Source: an uncultured Acidobacteriota bacterium
Lineage (GTDB): Bacteria; Acidobacteriota; Terriglobia; UBA7540
Direction: 5' to 3'
Assembly: GCA_963804995.1 (NCBI GenBank)
Contig: CAWDSK010000006.1
Location: forward strand, 1,440,001 to 1,504,000
Length of the DNA: 64,000 nucleotides
The notes beneath the pieces are model-generated. The model was not told the DNA's origin. It did no database searches and worked only from the letters and a program-made list of their open reading frames with translations. The translations under genes and the position numbers were made by a program. Shown one piece after another: positions 40,082 through 51,100 of the stretch (its first letter is position 1; every line of letters begins with the position of its first letter).

Positions 40082-40594
40082 TCAAATAAAGAGTTGCTCG
40101 TCCTGGGTTGCTTCGCTCACGTTGCTCACACGGCGACGCGAGAAAAGGAACTCCAGGCCGGAGCGCACCCCTTTGACGACCGCGGAGATTTCGCCGATGG
40201 GGCCAAGCACCCCGCGCTGGACCGCGTCCGCAGTGGTCTCAACCTTCTCGACCAAATCAGTAACCATCTGGTCCACGCGGACGACCTGCATCCGGCTCTT
40301 CTCCACCAGCTCGGCGGCCACCGCGTCCACGTTGCTGGTGCGGTCGCGCAACATCTGGCTGATCTCGGCAAGATTGTTGGTAATAATCCGCAACGGCTCG
40401 CGCGAGTTGTTGACGATCTCCAGGGCCGAGGCCGTCAGGGGATCGAGACGCTGCTTAACGTCGGAGCGCACGCTTTCAATCTGCTCGGGAATTTTGCGGA
40501 TGGCCAGCCAAATCCCCAGCATGGCTCCGGCCTGCATTAAGACCGCGATCGACACCAGAATGACAGCCACGGTCAGCGCAGTATTTTGCTCCAT
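40082..40594 (-). CDS. Membrane-anchored coiled-coil protein (DUF948-like)
   Basis: N-terminal TM plus amphipathic helices; downstream of the YtxH genes. Confidence 0.75.
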   Translation of the reverse strand: MEQNTALTVAVILVSIAVLMQAGAMLGIWLAIRKIPEQIESVRSDVKQRLDPLTASALEIVNNSREPLRIITNNLAEISQMLRDRTSNVDAVAAELVEKSRMQVVRVDQMVTDLVEKVETTADAVQRGVLGPIGEISAVVKGVRSGLEFLFSRRRVSNVSEATQDEQLFI

Positions 40595-40621
40595 GGTTCG
40601 CTCACATGAGGCTCAGCCGCC

Positions 40622-40927
40622 TCAGGCACCCGCCTTGGTTTTGACCTTCTCGTCCTGGTAGGCTTGCTTGCCCGCTTCGAGCGCTGCGGAAAGCAGTTCC
40701 TTTTGCTTGGTCACCAGGTCCTTGCCTTTTTCTACAGCCCCTTCGGCCTGCTTGCGAAGTTCATCCGTTTTGGATCGGACAAAATCCCGGCCCTCTTCCG
40801 CCTTCTCCGCAATCATGTCCCGGGTTTCTTGCCCCGAACGCGGTGCGAAAAGCAGAGCGAGAATTGCGCCGATCCCCAAACCCGCCAGGAAAAATCCTAT
40901 CGTTGATGCATGGTGCTCTTCACTCAT
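40622..40927 (-). CDS. YtxH-domain protein
   Basis: FLAGLGIGAILALLFAPRSGQETR. Confidence 0.9.
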   Translation of the reverse strand: MSEEHHASTIGFFLAGLGIGAILALLFAPRSGQETRDMIAEKAEEGRDFVRSKTDELRKQAEGAVEKGKDLVTKQKELLSAALEAGKQAYQDEKVKTKAGA

Positions 40928-40943
40928 TGGAATCCTCCCTCGG

Positions 40944-41234
40944 TTAGCGCGCGAAGGTTTCACGCGCCGCTTGCTTGCCCGCTTCCAAAACATCCGCCAG
41001 CCGGTCTTTCTGCTTGCTCACCAATTCCTTCCCTTGGCCGACCATCTCTTCTGCCTGGTGGCGAAAGTCGCGGCCCTTGGAAGCGACATATTCCTTGCCT
41101 TCTTCCGCCTTTTCGACAATCCGCTTGCGTGTTTCCTCACCCGACAGGGGCGCAAAAAGCAAGGCCACTATGGCCCCGATCCCTAGCCCCGCCAGAAAAT
41201 ATCCAACCTTCGTTCCGACACTGCAATTTGCCAT
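40944..41234 (-). CDS. YtxH-domain protein
   Basis: FLAGLGIGAIVALLFAPLSGEETR. Confidence 0.9.
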   Translation of the reverse strand: MANCSVGTKVGYFLAGLGIGAIVALLFAPLSGEETRKRIVEKAEEGKEYVASKGRDFRHQAEEMVGQGKELVSKQKDRLADVLEAGKQAARETFAR

Positions 41235-41346
41235 GAGACACCTCCGTCAATCGGAGTCTCTAATCTACCACTCTGCAGAAGCAGCGGCAAAGAAAAATTC
41301 ATTAATTTCTTTGTATTAATATTAGTCCGGCTAGACGGTGTATGAA

Positions 41347-43164
41347 TTACTTCCCTCCCCCTGAGCCCGAGAGATACTCAAAAACCTTCTTGGCCTGAGC
41401 GGGCTTTACCACCTGGCCAAGCTCCTCCTGGGAGAGGCCGCGCAGCTTGCTCAGGCTCCCAAACTGGGTGAGGAGCTTGCGGGCGGTCTTTTCCCCCACG
41501 CCAGGAATATTTACGAGTTCCGTACCGACCTCGCGCTTGGCGCGCCGCGCCCGGTGGAAGGTGACGGCGAAGCGGTGGGCCTCATCCCGAATTAGCTGGA
41601 CCAGATGCAGCGCTGGCGAGTGGTGATCCAGAACCACCGGCTCATTTTCGCGACCCTGTACGTAGAGGATTTCCTCTCGCTTGGCGATGCTCGCCAGCGG
41701 CTGGTTGATGATTCCCAGTTCCTCCAGCGCCGCCGCGGCCGCGTGAAGCTGACCGACGCCGCCATCAATGAGCACCAGATCCGGCATCGGCTTTTTCTCT
41801 TCTTGCAAGCGCCGATAGCGCCGCCCCACCACTTCCTTCATGCTGGCGAAATCATCATTCTGGGGCACGCTCTTGATGATGAATTTCCGGTAGTCGGATT
41901 TTTTCATCTTGCCGGCTTCCCAGACCACCAGGGAAGCAACGATGTCAGTCCCCTGGATGTGGGAAACGTCGAAGGCCTCGATGCGCTGGGGCGGATGGGG
42001 AAGGTCAAGCGCCTCCCGTAGGCTTTCCAGAACTTCGCGCGCTTGCGGCTTCATGATCCGGAATCGCCGTTCGAAGGAGTGGCGGGCATTGCGCGCCACG
42101 AGTTCAAGCAGCGCCCGCTTGCGGCCGGCCCGGGGCGTGAGGATGTGCACCGGGTGACCACGCTTTTCGGAAAGCAATTCTTCCAGAATCTCCCGGTCCT
42201 CGAAATCCACGGGCACATGAATCTCGCCCGGCAGATACTGCTGGTCCAAATAGATTTGCTTGAGCAGCGACGAGAAAAATTCGCGGGCGTTGAAATCTTG
42301 CAAGTCCTCCCAGAAAAACTCGCGCCGGTCGAGGACCCGTCCACCGCGCAGGTGAAACAAGTTGACGGCGGCCAGCGGTCCTTCCTGGTGGAATCCCAGA
42401 ATATCGGCTTCTTCCCCGGAATGCGCCGCCATCTTCTGGCGCTCGCGAAGTTCTTCCACGGTCTGAATCTGGTCGCGGTAGTGCGCCGCATCCTCGAACT
42501 CCAGCCTGCCGGAAGCCTCCGCCATACGGTCGTGCAGGCTGCGCACCAAATCGCTCTCCCGGCCCTCCAGCAACAGACGCGTGTCGCGGGCCGCTTCCGC
42601 GTAACGCTCGGGCGTGGTCAAGTTTTCGACACACGGTCCCAGACAGCGTTTGATGTAGAACTGCAAGCACGGCCGGGGGTGATAGCGCGTAAGGTCCACG
42701 TAGCAGGACGGAACCAGAAAGCGGCGGTGAATAAAGTCGACAATCCGATAGGCCAGATTCGCCGGGAAGTACGGCCCATAATAGACCGAGCCATCCTTCT
42801 TCACGCGGCGGGTCACATAAACGCGCGGGAATCGTTCGTAAGCGGTCAATTTGATGTAGGGGTAACTTTTGTCGTCGCGCAGCAGAATGTTGTAGCGCGG
42901 CTTGTACTGCTTGATCAGGTTGTTCTCAAGCGCGATCGCCTCGTGTTCGTTGTCCACGAGGATGGTTTCGAGATCGTACGCGGCCTCGAGCATGCGGTCG
43001 CGCTTCTCGTCTCCCACCCGCGAGTCCTGAAAGTAGGAGCGCACGCGGTGGCTAAGCGATTTGGCCTTCCCCACGTAAATGGGTTGCCCCGCCTCGTCTT
43101 TGAAAACGTACACACCCGGTTGCGCGGGCAGACCTTCCGCCTTTTCCTGAAGTGTGGGGTTCAC
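41347..43164 (-). CDS. uvrC: Excinuclease ABC subunit C
   Basis: PGVY...YVGKAK GIY-YIG domain, IEAFDVSH, LIDGG, RDEAHRFA, HhH. Confidence 0.98.
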   Translation of the reverse strand: MNPTLQEKAEGLPAQPGVYVFKDEAGQPIYVGKAKSLSHRVRSYFQDSRVGDEKRDRMLEAAYDLETILVDNEHEAIALENNLIKQYKPRYNILLRDDKSYPYIKLTAYERFPRVYVTRRVKKDGSVYYGPYFPANLAYRIVDFIHRRFLVPSCYVDLTRYHPRPCLQFYIKRCLGPCVENLTTPERYAEAARDTRLLLEGRESDLVRSLHDRMAEASGRLEFEDAAHYRDQIQTVEELRERQKMAAHSGEEADILGFHQEGPLAAVNLFHLRGGRVLDRREFFWEDLQDFNAREFFSSLLKQIYLDQQYLPGEIHVPVDFEDREILEELLSEKRGHPVHILTPRAGRKRALLELVARNARHSFERRFRIMKPQAREVLESLREALDLPHPPQRIEAFDVSHIQGTDIVASLVVWEAGKMKKSDYRKFIIKSVPQNDDFASMKEVVGRRYRRLQEEKKPMPDLVLIDGGVGQLHAAAAALEELGIINQPLASIAKREEILYVQGRENEPVVLDHHSPALHLVQLIRDEAHRFAVTFHRARRAKREVGTELVNIPGVGEKTARKLLTQFGSLSKLRGLSQEELGQVVKPAQAKKVFEYLSGSGGGK

Positions 43165-43231
43165 AGACGCCTCAACATTCCATTATCACTGAGCGGCTGC
43201 AGTTCGGAAAGGGGCGAGCGGATGGTCGGCT

Positions 43232-43925
43232 GATTTGCGAATGGCGATTTGTGATTGGCGATTTTCGAAGTCAGCATTTGATTCATCTTCTCACCTGGCA
43301 CCGCCGATAACCGAAGCGAGGGAGTGTGTGCCGGCGGGGGCAGAGGATCGGGAGATCGGGTGATCCGGTGATCGGGCGATCGGGAGATTTGCGAATGGCG
43401 ATGGGTGATTGGCGATTTTCGAAGTCAGCATTTGATTCATCCTCTCACCTGGCACCGCCGATAACCGAAGCGAGGGAGTGTGGGCCGGCGGGGGCTGAGG
43501 ATCGGGAGATCGGGTGATCTGGCGATCGGGCGATCGGGAGATTTGCGAATGGCGATTGGTGATTTTCAAAGTCGGCATTTGATTCATCCTCTCACCTGGC
43601 ACCGCCGATAACCGAAGCGGGGGAGTGTGGGCCGGCGGGGGCAGAGGATCGAGAGATCGGGTGATCCGGTGATCGGGCGATCGGGAGATTTGCGAATGGC
43701 GATTGGTGATTTTCGAAGTCAGCATTTGATTCATCTTCTCACCTGGCACCGCCGATAACCGAAGCGGGGGAGTGTGGGCCGGCGGGGGCAGAGGATTGGG
43801 AGATCGGTTGATCTGACGATCGGGCGATCGAATCGTCGGACAGGCGAATTGCTGCCAATTTCCGGTCGGCCGAATTGGGCTCAGGTTCCGTCATAAACTT
43901 ACCGATAACCGAAGCGGGGGAGTGT
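43232..43925. repeat. Tandem array of four ~150-bp GATC-rich units plus a partial unit
   Basis: Unit starts at 43237, 43391, 43545 and 43692 (periods 154, 154, 147). Confidence 0.93.
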
Positions 43926-44021
43926 TCACGCTGGGGTTGGGGCGTGGGCGCCGCCCATTTCTCTGCCCTGGACCTTGGCTTTTTCTCGTCACTCATCACT
44001 CGTCACTCGTCACTGCTCTTT

Positions 44022-44632
44022 GAGTGCGTCACGGGCGGGCGGCATTCGGCCGGAGCGGTTAGCGGCTCGCCGCGGGGCTTCCGGGCCGTGGGGGTCTTTT
44101 GTCTCAGCCGTGACAACCGGTGGCCGAAGTAGGAGGCGGCAGGTCGGTTAGGGCAGCGGGCCTCAGCGCTTTTGACCTCCTGCCCCACCCTTTTCGTAAC
44201 TTCCAGCTTCGCCCCGATCATCGCGTCACCCGTTTCTTTAACCCTGTTCTCGATGGGGGTTCTTTCGTCTCCCAACTTGAACGCAGCGCCCCCAGCTTGG
44301 CGGCTCAATGCCGGCTGGAAGCAGACGCTGGTGCGAATGGCGACGGCTTGGTCCTTTTTTCTTCCCATTTTCTTAACTAACTACCTTTCTTTTCATAAAC
44401 ATCGTGGCAAAACAACCATAACTTACTTGTTTTCATAAACATCGCTAGACTTGCCAAATTGTCGCTTTTGTTTTCCTTTGTTTTCATACACATCGTTAGA
44501 CTATCCTGATTGAAATTATTTGCGCTTTTCTTCTTACCCGCAGTAAATGCAACTCATTTTATTTCAACTAGATAGGTTTTTGCTAAAAAATCCCTTTTCA
44601 CGCCTAACCCCCTTTATTTTCATGAACATCTT
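44022..44632. repeat. Composite element copy 2: conserved ORF segment plus CATAAACATCG motif array
   Basis: 44022-44230 aligns with 24520-24730; motifs at ~44391, 44430, 44481 and 44617. Confidence 0.8.
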
Positions 44633-45037
44633 CACAAACAGCGGGCGCTGTGTTCCGAAAAAAGGAAGAACTTCAGCCACGTCTTGGCACGGCGCTCCGC
44701 TCCCCCAGAGCCTCTCCGTGACCTCTGCTCTTCGGGACGCAGAGGACACAGAGCGGCGGAGCCGCAACCAAAATGGAAAAGGCGCTGCTAGTTCCGTAGT
44801 TGGGTGCGGGTCTGCTCATCGGGTGTTGAAGTAACCCCTCACCCGTCCCGCCCCGGCTGATGAAAACGCCGGCGGCGGTCCACCCTCTCCCCTCGGAGAG
44901 GGTGGTTTGATTTCCAACCTTCTCCCAGGGGAGAAGGTGCTGAGGTACGAAGCGGATGAGGGGTTGCTTCGACGGAAGTCGCGACTTTCAATCCTTGCCC
45001 CAAAAGGTTTGCTAAAGAAACCGGCCTTCACGGTAGG

Positions 45038-45200
45038 GCATGGCAGATCCCCGATCTTGGGGCCCGCGGTTCTTCGAGGACTGCCTGGACACATCATGGC
45101 GCAACTCTTTCTCATCTCTATTGTGCGCTTAATCGACTGGGCTATGTCAATAGGCAATACACGCGTGCGGGCTACCGGTAGCCCAAAAATGAAATAAATC
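45038..45200 (-). repeat. ~160-bp promoter-like dispersed repeat, copy C
   Basis: Alignment with copies A and B. Confidence 0.88.
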
Positions 45201-45535
45201 AATCAAATTGCCCGAACGAAGGGCGAGGGGAGGAGCCAAGGATGCAGAAGATGGAGTTAGAAGGCGGAAAGCAGAAGGCAGCGAGTGCCATTCGCACCAC
45301 AGATGCAGCATCAGGGATTTGCGGCGCAAATTCGTTGGTTTCCTTTGGGCCTCCCCTTTTGCCATTTGGTTTTCTTTTGCGGTTCGGCCGAGTTGCCCTA
45401 CCTGGCAGGAGCCACCATTCCGAGCCCAAAAATGTTCTTCCGAATGTGAGCAATATTGAACAGACAATTTACGTCCCCGGAGTGGAAAATACAGAATGCC
45501 TCCTAAGATGCTGAGGAGGCGACTCTGGTGGGACC

Positions 45536-46117
45536 TTGACGAATCGGCTCTTGTTGGTGGAGGACGAACCTCTTGTCCGAAAGTCCATCTCCGGACACTT
45601 GGTGGCGGAGGGGTATGTCGTTCGGGCGGCGGTGGACGGCCTGGACGCGATCGAGAAACTCCGCGGGGGGCTCCCGGACTTAATTATTTCTGACCTCAAC
45701 ATGCCCCGCATGTCCGGCTTTGAGCTTCTGGGCATCGTGCGCAAACGCTTTCCCCAAATCCCCGTCATTGTCATGAGTGCCCTAGCGGCCGATGAAATGC
45801 CGGAAGGAGTTGCGGCCGACGCATACTTACACAAGAGTGGATTCGGAATAGACCAACTCCTCGAAGCCATATCAAACCTGACCAGGAACCCTCCCCTGCG
45901 ATCTGCTGCGCCGCCCCTTTCGATCAAACCCGTCCAGGCAAAATGGGATGGGGACGGGCACTTCCTCCTCGCTTGCGAAGACTGCTTGCGTGTTTTCAGT
46001 GTCCCCCGCGCTCCCAACCTGGGGCGGAATCAAAAGTGGACGATTTGCGTTCACTGCGGGCAAGTCGTCCGGTTCCTGGTCGCTGACGCGGATCTGCCGG
46101 GCCCGCCACGTCCGTAA
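45536..46117 (+). CDS. Response regulator receiver with C-terminal CxxC...CxxC domain
   Basis: LLVEDE, IISDLNMPRMSG; CEDC and CVHC. Confidence 0.85.
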   Translation: MTNRLLLVEDEPLVRKSISGHLVAEGYVVRAAVDGLDAIEKLRGGLPDLIISDLNMPRMSGFELLGIVRKRFPQIPVIVMSALAADEMPEGVAADAYLHKSGFGIDQLLEAISNLTRNPPLRSAAPPLSIKPVQAKWDGDGHFLLACEDCLRVFSVPRAPNLGRNQKWTICVHCGQVVRFLVADADLPGPPRP

Positions 46118-46238
46118 TTTCGAGCGGCCAACCCCTTCGCCACCCGGCACCCACCCGCCATAATAATCCAGTCATCTCTTGTCACCCAGGCGCTGCCGCC
46201 TCGCGGTACAATAGCGCACGCCGGTCAAGGAGGGGGAC

Positions 46239-46709
46239 ATGTCCGAAATGATTATTCGTCCGACTATGAAGTTCATATACCTCGGCTACGTATTGGTGAC
46301 TTTGATTGCGGTGGCTCTGGTCATGGCGATGCTGCATATCGAAGGCCCGCCCTGGATTGGGACACCTTGGCAACATTGGATACCCTTGCTGCCCGTGCTC
46401 CTCCTACTGTGGCCCGTGAAACGCCATCTCCGCAACCGGCTGACCAAGATGACAATCCTGGAGGACCGGCTGCGCTATGAAACGGGGCTTCTGGGGAGGA
46501 CCACGCGCACCATCCTAATCTCGCGCGTACAGGATGTGACGGTTCATCAGCGCGTCGGCCAAAGAATTTTTGGAACGGGCGATCTTTCGATTGAGACAGC
46601 GGGCGAGTCGAGCCGGGAGACCATTTTTAATATCGACCGGCCGCAGGAAATCGCGGACCACATCAACGAACTCTCCCAGAGGGGACGTTCAAAAGAGCAA
46701 CTGACCTGA
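46239..46709 (+). CDS. Membrane protein with bacterial PH (bPH_2) domain
   Basis: 2 TM, RVQDVTVHQ...GTGDLSIETAG. Confidence 0.85.
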   Translation: MSEMIIRPTMKFIYLGYVLVTLIAVALVMAMLHIEGPPWIGTPWQHWIPLLPVLLLLWPVKRHLRNRLTKMTILEDRLRYETGLLGRTTRTILISRVQDVTVHQRVGQRIFGTGDLSIETAGESSRETIFNIDRPQEIADHINELSQRGRSKEQLT

Positions 46710-46800
46710 TGGCGCGGGGAGGCGGGGCCGCAACCAAAACGTGCCACGGCCGACCTGCCCCGATTCATCGGGGTCCTGGCCGTGCCGGTCACGGGCGGGA

Positions 46801-46928
46801 GAAGCTGTGAAAAAATCCCATCAAACCTTTCACCGCGGAGACGCTGAGGCGCAGAGGCTTGAAAACAAAGGGTCATTTCTCTGCGTCTCAGCGTCTCAGC
46901 GGTGAAAATGGTATTTTTTCACACCTTC
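46801..46928. mobile_element. 128-bp MITE nested in a REP, GGA TSD
   Basis: GAAGCTGTGAAAAAAT...ATTTTTTCACACCTTC, GGA on both sides. Confidence 0.82.
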
Positions 46929-47136
46929 GGACGCCCGTGCCACAACGTAGGGGCCAGCGGCGCTGGCCCGGACCGAACGGTCGCCCACCATTAAAATCTG
47001 CAGACTTCCAGCCGCGGCGACCCCTACAACGTTTGCGAAAATACTTGCTAAAAAGATTAGCGGTATTGCAATGCAGAGCGAGGGATCTGCCGGGGCACGG
47101 TGAGTCGTGCCCCGGGAACTTCGATCCGACTCAGGC

Positions 47137-48147
47137 CTAGCGCATGCCCGTCTTTAGTGAATACGAGCTCAGCACCTTCACGTAGTTAGCCCGCTGGAAG
47201 GCGGAGGGATCAGCCACAGAGCGCTGGCTCATGCTGCCTTGCATCTGCTGGATGGATTCGTACTCATGCTCTTCCATCCATTTCAAAAGCTCCGACCGCA
47301 CGGTGGCCAGGTGCCCGATCCCGTGTTTGTAGAGAGCGGAAGTCATCATGGCCACACGCGCTCCGGCCATCATGGACTTCACCACATCCACGCCGGTGTG
47401 CACGCCGCCCGTGATTGCCAAATCGGCATGGATTTTCCCGAAGAGCACGGCCACCCAGGTGAGGCGCAGCAGCAGCTCATGCGGCGTACTGAGGATGAGG
47501 TTGGGGACGACTTCCAGGTTCTCCAGATCAAAATCCGGCTGATAGAAGCGGTTGAACAGCACGAGGCCGGAAGCGCCCGCTTCAGCCAGCCGCTGCGCCG
47601 TGTGGGGCAGCGAGCTAAAATAGGCGCCGATCTTTACGGCTACAGGAATCCGCAGGCTGGCTTTTACTTTAGAAAGCAGGTCAACATACAATTGCTCGAC
47701 TTGCTCGCCGGAGGTCGCGGGGTCGGTTGAGATGAGGTAAATGTTTAGTTCCAGCGCGTCGGCGCCGGCCTCCTGAATTTTCTTCGCGTAGTCGAGCCAG
47801 CCGCCCGTGGAGCTGCCATTCAGGCTGCCGATGACAGGGATGCCGACGGCGCGCTTGGCAAGCCGCAGTTGTTCGAGATACCCCTCCGGGCCCATGTTAT
47901 ATCCCGTCAGATCGGGAAAATAGGTTAACGATTCCGCAAAACTCTCCGTGCCTTGATGCAGGAACTGGTCCAGCGTGTTACTTTCCACGTGGATTTGCTC
48001 CTCAAACAGGGAGGGCATCACGATGGCGGCGGCGCCGGAATCTTCCATGCGCCGGAGACTGCCGAGGTCTTCCGACAGGGGTGAAGCGGAGACCACCAGA
48101 GGGTTTTTGAGCTTCATGCCCAGATACTTTGTAGTCAGGTCGATCAT
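47137..48147 (-). CDS. Dihydroorotate dehydrogenase-like flavoprotein (PFOR-associated)
   Basis: [28 protein letters not shown]. Confidence 0.9.
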   Translation of the reverse strand: MIDLTTKYLGMKLKNPLVVSASPLSEDLGSLRRMEDSGAAAIVMPSLFEEQIHVESNTLDQFLHQGTESFAESLTYFPDLTGYNMGPEGYLEQLRLAKRAVGIPVIGSLNGSSTGGWLDYAKKIQEAGADALELNIYLISTDPATSGEQVEQLYVDLLSKVKASLRIPVAVKIGAYFSSLPHTAQRLAEAGASGLVLFNRFYQPDFDLENLEVVPNLILSTPHELLLRLTWVAVLFGKIHADLAITGGVHTGVDVVKSMMAGARVAMMTSALYKHGIGHLATVRSELLKWMEEHEYESIQQMQGSMSQRSVADPSAFQRANYVKVLSSYSLKTGMR

Positions 48148-51100
48148 CTACTTCACCTCCTTCGCGTCGCCATTCATCGGCATGGCGGCCATATTTTGAT
48201 AGATCCTCCAGCGCTTGTGCACATCCTCTTCCGCCAACTTCAGAAGTTTCTTGGCAGCTTCGGGATCACTGTGCGCCAGCATGGTGTAACGGGTTTCGTT
48301 GTAAATATATTTGTCGAGCGGCAACGAAGGCGCGCGCGAATCCAACTGCATGGGATTCTTGCCCAGCTTCGCCAGGTCCGGGTTGTAACGGTAGAGCGGC
48401 CAGTAGCCGGACTGCACGGCGGCCTTCTGCTGGTCGCAGCCGTGCACCAGGTCGTAGCCATGCGCTATGCAGTGGCTGTAGGCGATGATGAGCGACGGCC
48501 CATCGTAGGCGTCGGCTTCGAGGAACGCTTTCAGGGTTTGCATGTCGCTCGAACCCATGGCGACCTCAGCCACGTAAACGTTGCCGTAACTCATGGCCAT
48601 CATGCCCAGGTCTTTCTTGGGCCGCGGCTTTCCGCCCGCCGCGAACTTGGCGACGGCGCCACGTGGCGTGGATTTTGACATCTGCCCGCCGGTGTTGGAG
48701 TAGACCTCGGTGTCAAGCACCAGGACGTTCACATTGTGGCCGCTGGCCAGCACGTGATCCAGTCCGCCGTACCCGATGTCGTAGGCCCAGCCATCGCCGC
48801 CGAAGGCCCACACACTCTTTTTGACGAGCGTGTCGGCAATGTTCAAGAGGTCGCGCGCTTCGAAGGTTTTGAGCCCCGCGAGCTTGGCCTTGAGAGCCTT
48901 CACCCGCTCGCGTTGCTCGCGCTTCCCGGCTTCGGTGGATTGATCGGCGTTGAGCAAGCCTTCCACGAGTTCGCCGCCCAGGTTCTCCTGGAGCCTCTTG
49001 ACCAGTTCCCGCGCGTACCGATTTTGCTGGTCAACCGCCAGGCGCATGCCCAGAGCGAATTCCGCATTGTCCTCAAACAGGGAGTTGGACCACGAGGGGC
49101 CGCGGCCGTCGTGATTGACGGCATACGGCGTGGTGGGCAGGTTGGCGCCATAAATCGACGAACAGCCTGTGGCGTTGCCAATCATGGCGCGGTCACCGAA
49201 CAGTTGGGTGACCAGCTTGATGTAGGGCGTCTCACCGCAGCCGGCGCAGGCGCCAGAGAATTCGAACAGGGGCTGCAGCAACTGCACGTCCTTGACTTGA
49301 CCCAGGCTGAGGGTGCGCCGGTCGGCTTCCGGAATTCCCAGGAAGAAATCCCAGTTGGCGCTCTCGGGCTCGCGCAGGGGCAACTGGGGCGCCATGTTGA
49401 TGGCCTTATGCTTCACCTCACTCTTGGATTTGGCCGGGCAAATTTCCACGCACAGCGCGCAGCCCGTGCAATCCTCCGGCGCCACCTGGAGGGTGTACTT
49501 CATTTCCTTGAACTCTTTCCAGCGCGCCGCCGCCGACTTGAAAGTGGGCGGAGCCTTTTCGAGCAGCGCCGGTTCGTAAATCTTGGCGCGAATCACCGCG
49601 TGCGGGCAAACCAGTACGCACTTGCCGCACTGGATGCAGAGGTCCTCATCCCATACGGGGATATCGAGAGCAATGTTGCGCTTTTCCCACTGGGCCGTGG
49701 CGCTGGGGAAGGTGCCATCGCTGGGCATGGCGCTGACCGGCAAGGAATCGCCTTCGCCCTCGATGATCCTGGCCAGCACATCGCGCACGAAAGCAGGAGC
49801 CTGTTTCGGCACCGGCGGGCGCAGGTCAAAGGTGCTGGTGGCAGCGCCCGGAACCTTGACTTCGTGCAGGTGGCTGAGCGAGGCGTCTACGGCGGCGAAA
49901 TTCTTCTGCACCACCTTTTCACCCCGCTTGCCATAGGTTTTCTCGATGGCGTGCTTGATGGCGCCAATCGCCTCGTCGCGTGGCAGGACGCCGCTGATGG
50001 CAAAGAAGCAGGTCTGCATCACGGTGTTGATGCGCCTGCCCATGCCAGTCTCGGCGGCCACCGCGTAGCCATCGATGACATAGAAGCGTAATTTCTTCTT
50101 GATGATCTGCTCTTGCGTGGAGCGGGGAATGTGATCCCAGACCTCCTCTGGGCCGAAAGAACTGTTCAGCAGGAACGTGGCGCCGGGAACGGCCGCTTTC
50201 AGCACGTCCCGCTGCTCGAGGAAACTGAATTGGTGGCAGGCCACGAAATTGGCGTGGGTGATGAGATAAGTGGAGTGGATCGGCTGGGGGCCAAAGCGCA
50301 GGTGCGAAATGGTGACCGAGCCGGCCTTCTTGGAGTCGTAAACGAAATAGCCCTGCGCGTAGTTATCAGTGTCCTCGCCGATGATCTTGATGGAGTTCTT
50401 GTTGGCGCCCACCGTGCCATCGGAACCGAGGCCGTAAAAGATAGCGCGGACCGTCTTGGGGTCTTCCGTGGAGAAGGCGGGATCATACTCGAGACTGGTG
50501 TTTGTGACGTCATCGAGAATACCCACGGTAAAGTGGTTCTGCGGGGCCGGCTTGGCCATTTCGTCAAAAACTCCCTTGACCATGGCCGGTGAAAATTCCT
50601 TCGAGGAAAGGCCATAGCGCCCGCCGATAACGCGCGGAGCACTCTTAAAGGGCGCCTTGCCACTGGCCACACCTTCACTCAAGGCGGTTATCACGTCGAT
50701 GTACAGCGGCTCTCCGGGACTCCCGGGCTCTTTGGTGCGGTCGAGAGTAGCCAGGGTTTTGACGGTGGGAGGCAGCGCAGATAAGAAGTGTTCGATCGAG
50801 AAGGGCCGGTACAAGTGAACTTTCAGCGCGCCCACTTTCTCGCCTCGCGCGTTGAGATAGTCCACGGTCTCCTGCGCAGCCTCGGCGCCGGATCCCATCA
50901 GGATGATAACCCGCTCCGCATCCGGGGCGCCGATGTAGTCGAACAGGTGATACTGGCGACCGACCTGGCTCGCGAATTTGTCCATGGCGTTTTGGACCAG
51001 GCCCGGGCACGCGGTGTACATCGAATTCACGGTCTCGCGAGCCTGGAAGAATACGTCCGGGTTTTGGGCGGTGCCGCGAATGAAGGGATGGTCCGGCGAA

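Noticed and set aside
42043..43233. 396-aa plus-strand ORF
   Set aside because: Antisense to uvrC with no recognisable motifs
43232..43925. CRISPR array
   Set aside because: Whole ~150-bp units are repeated, with no unique spacers and no cas genes
44385..44500. Mini-CRISPR from CATAAACATCG repeats
   Set aside because: Repeats are short (~18 bp), degenerate and unevenly spaced
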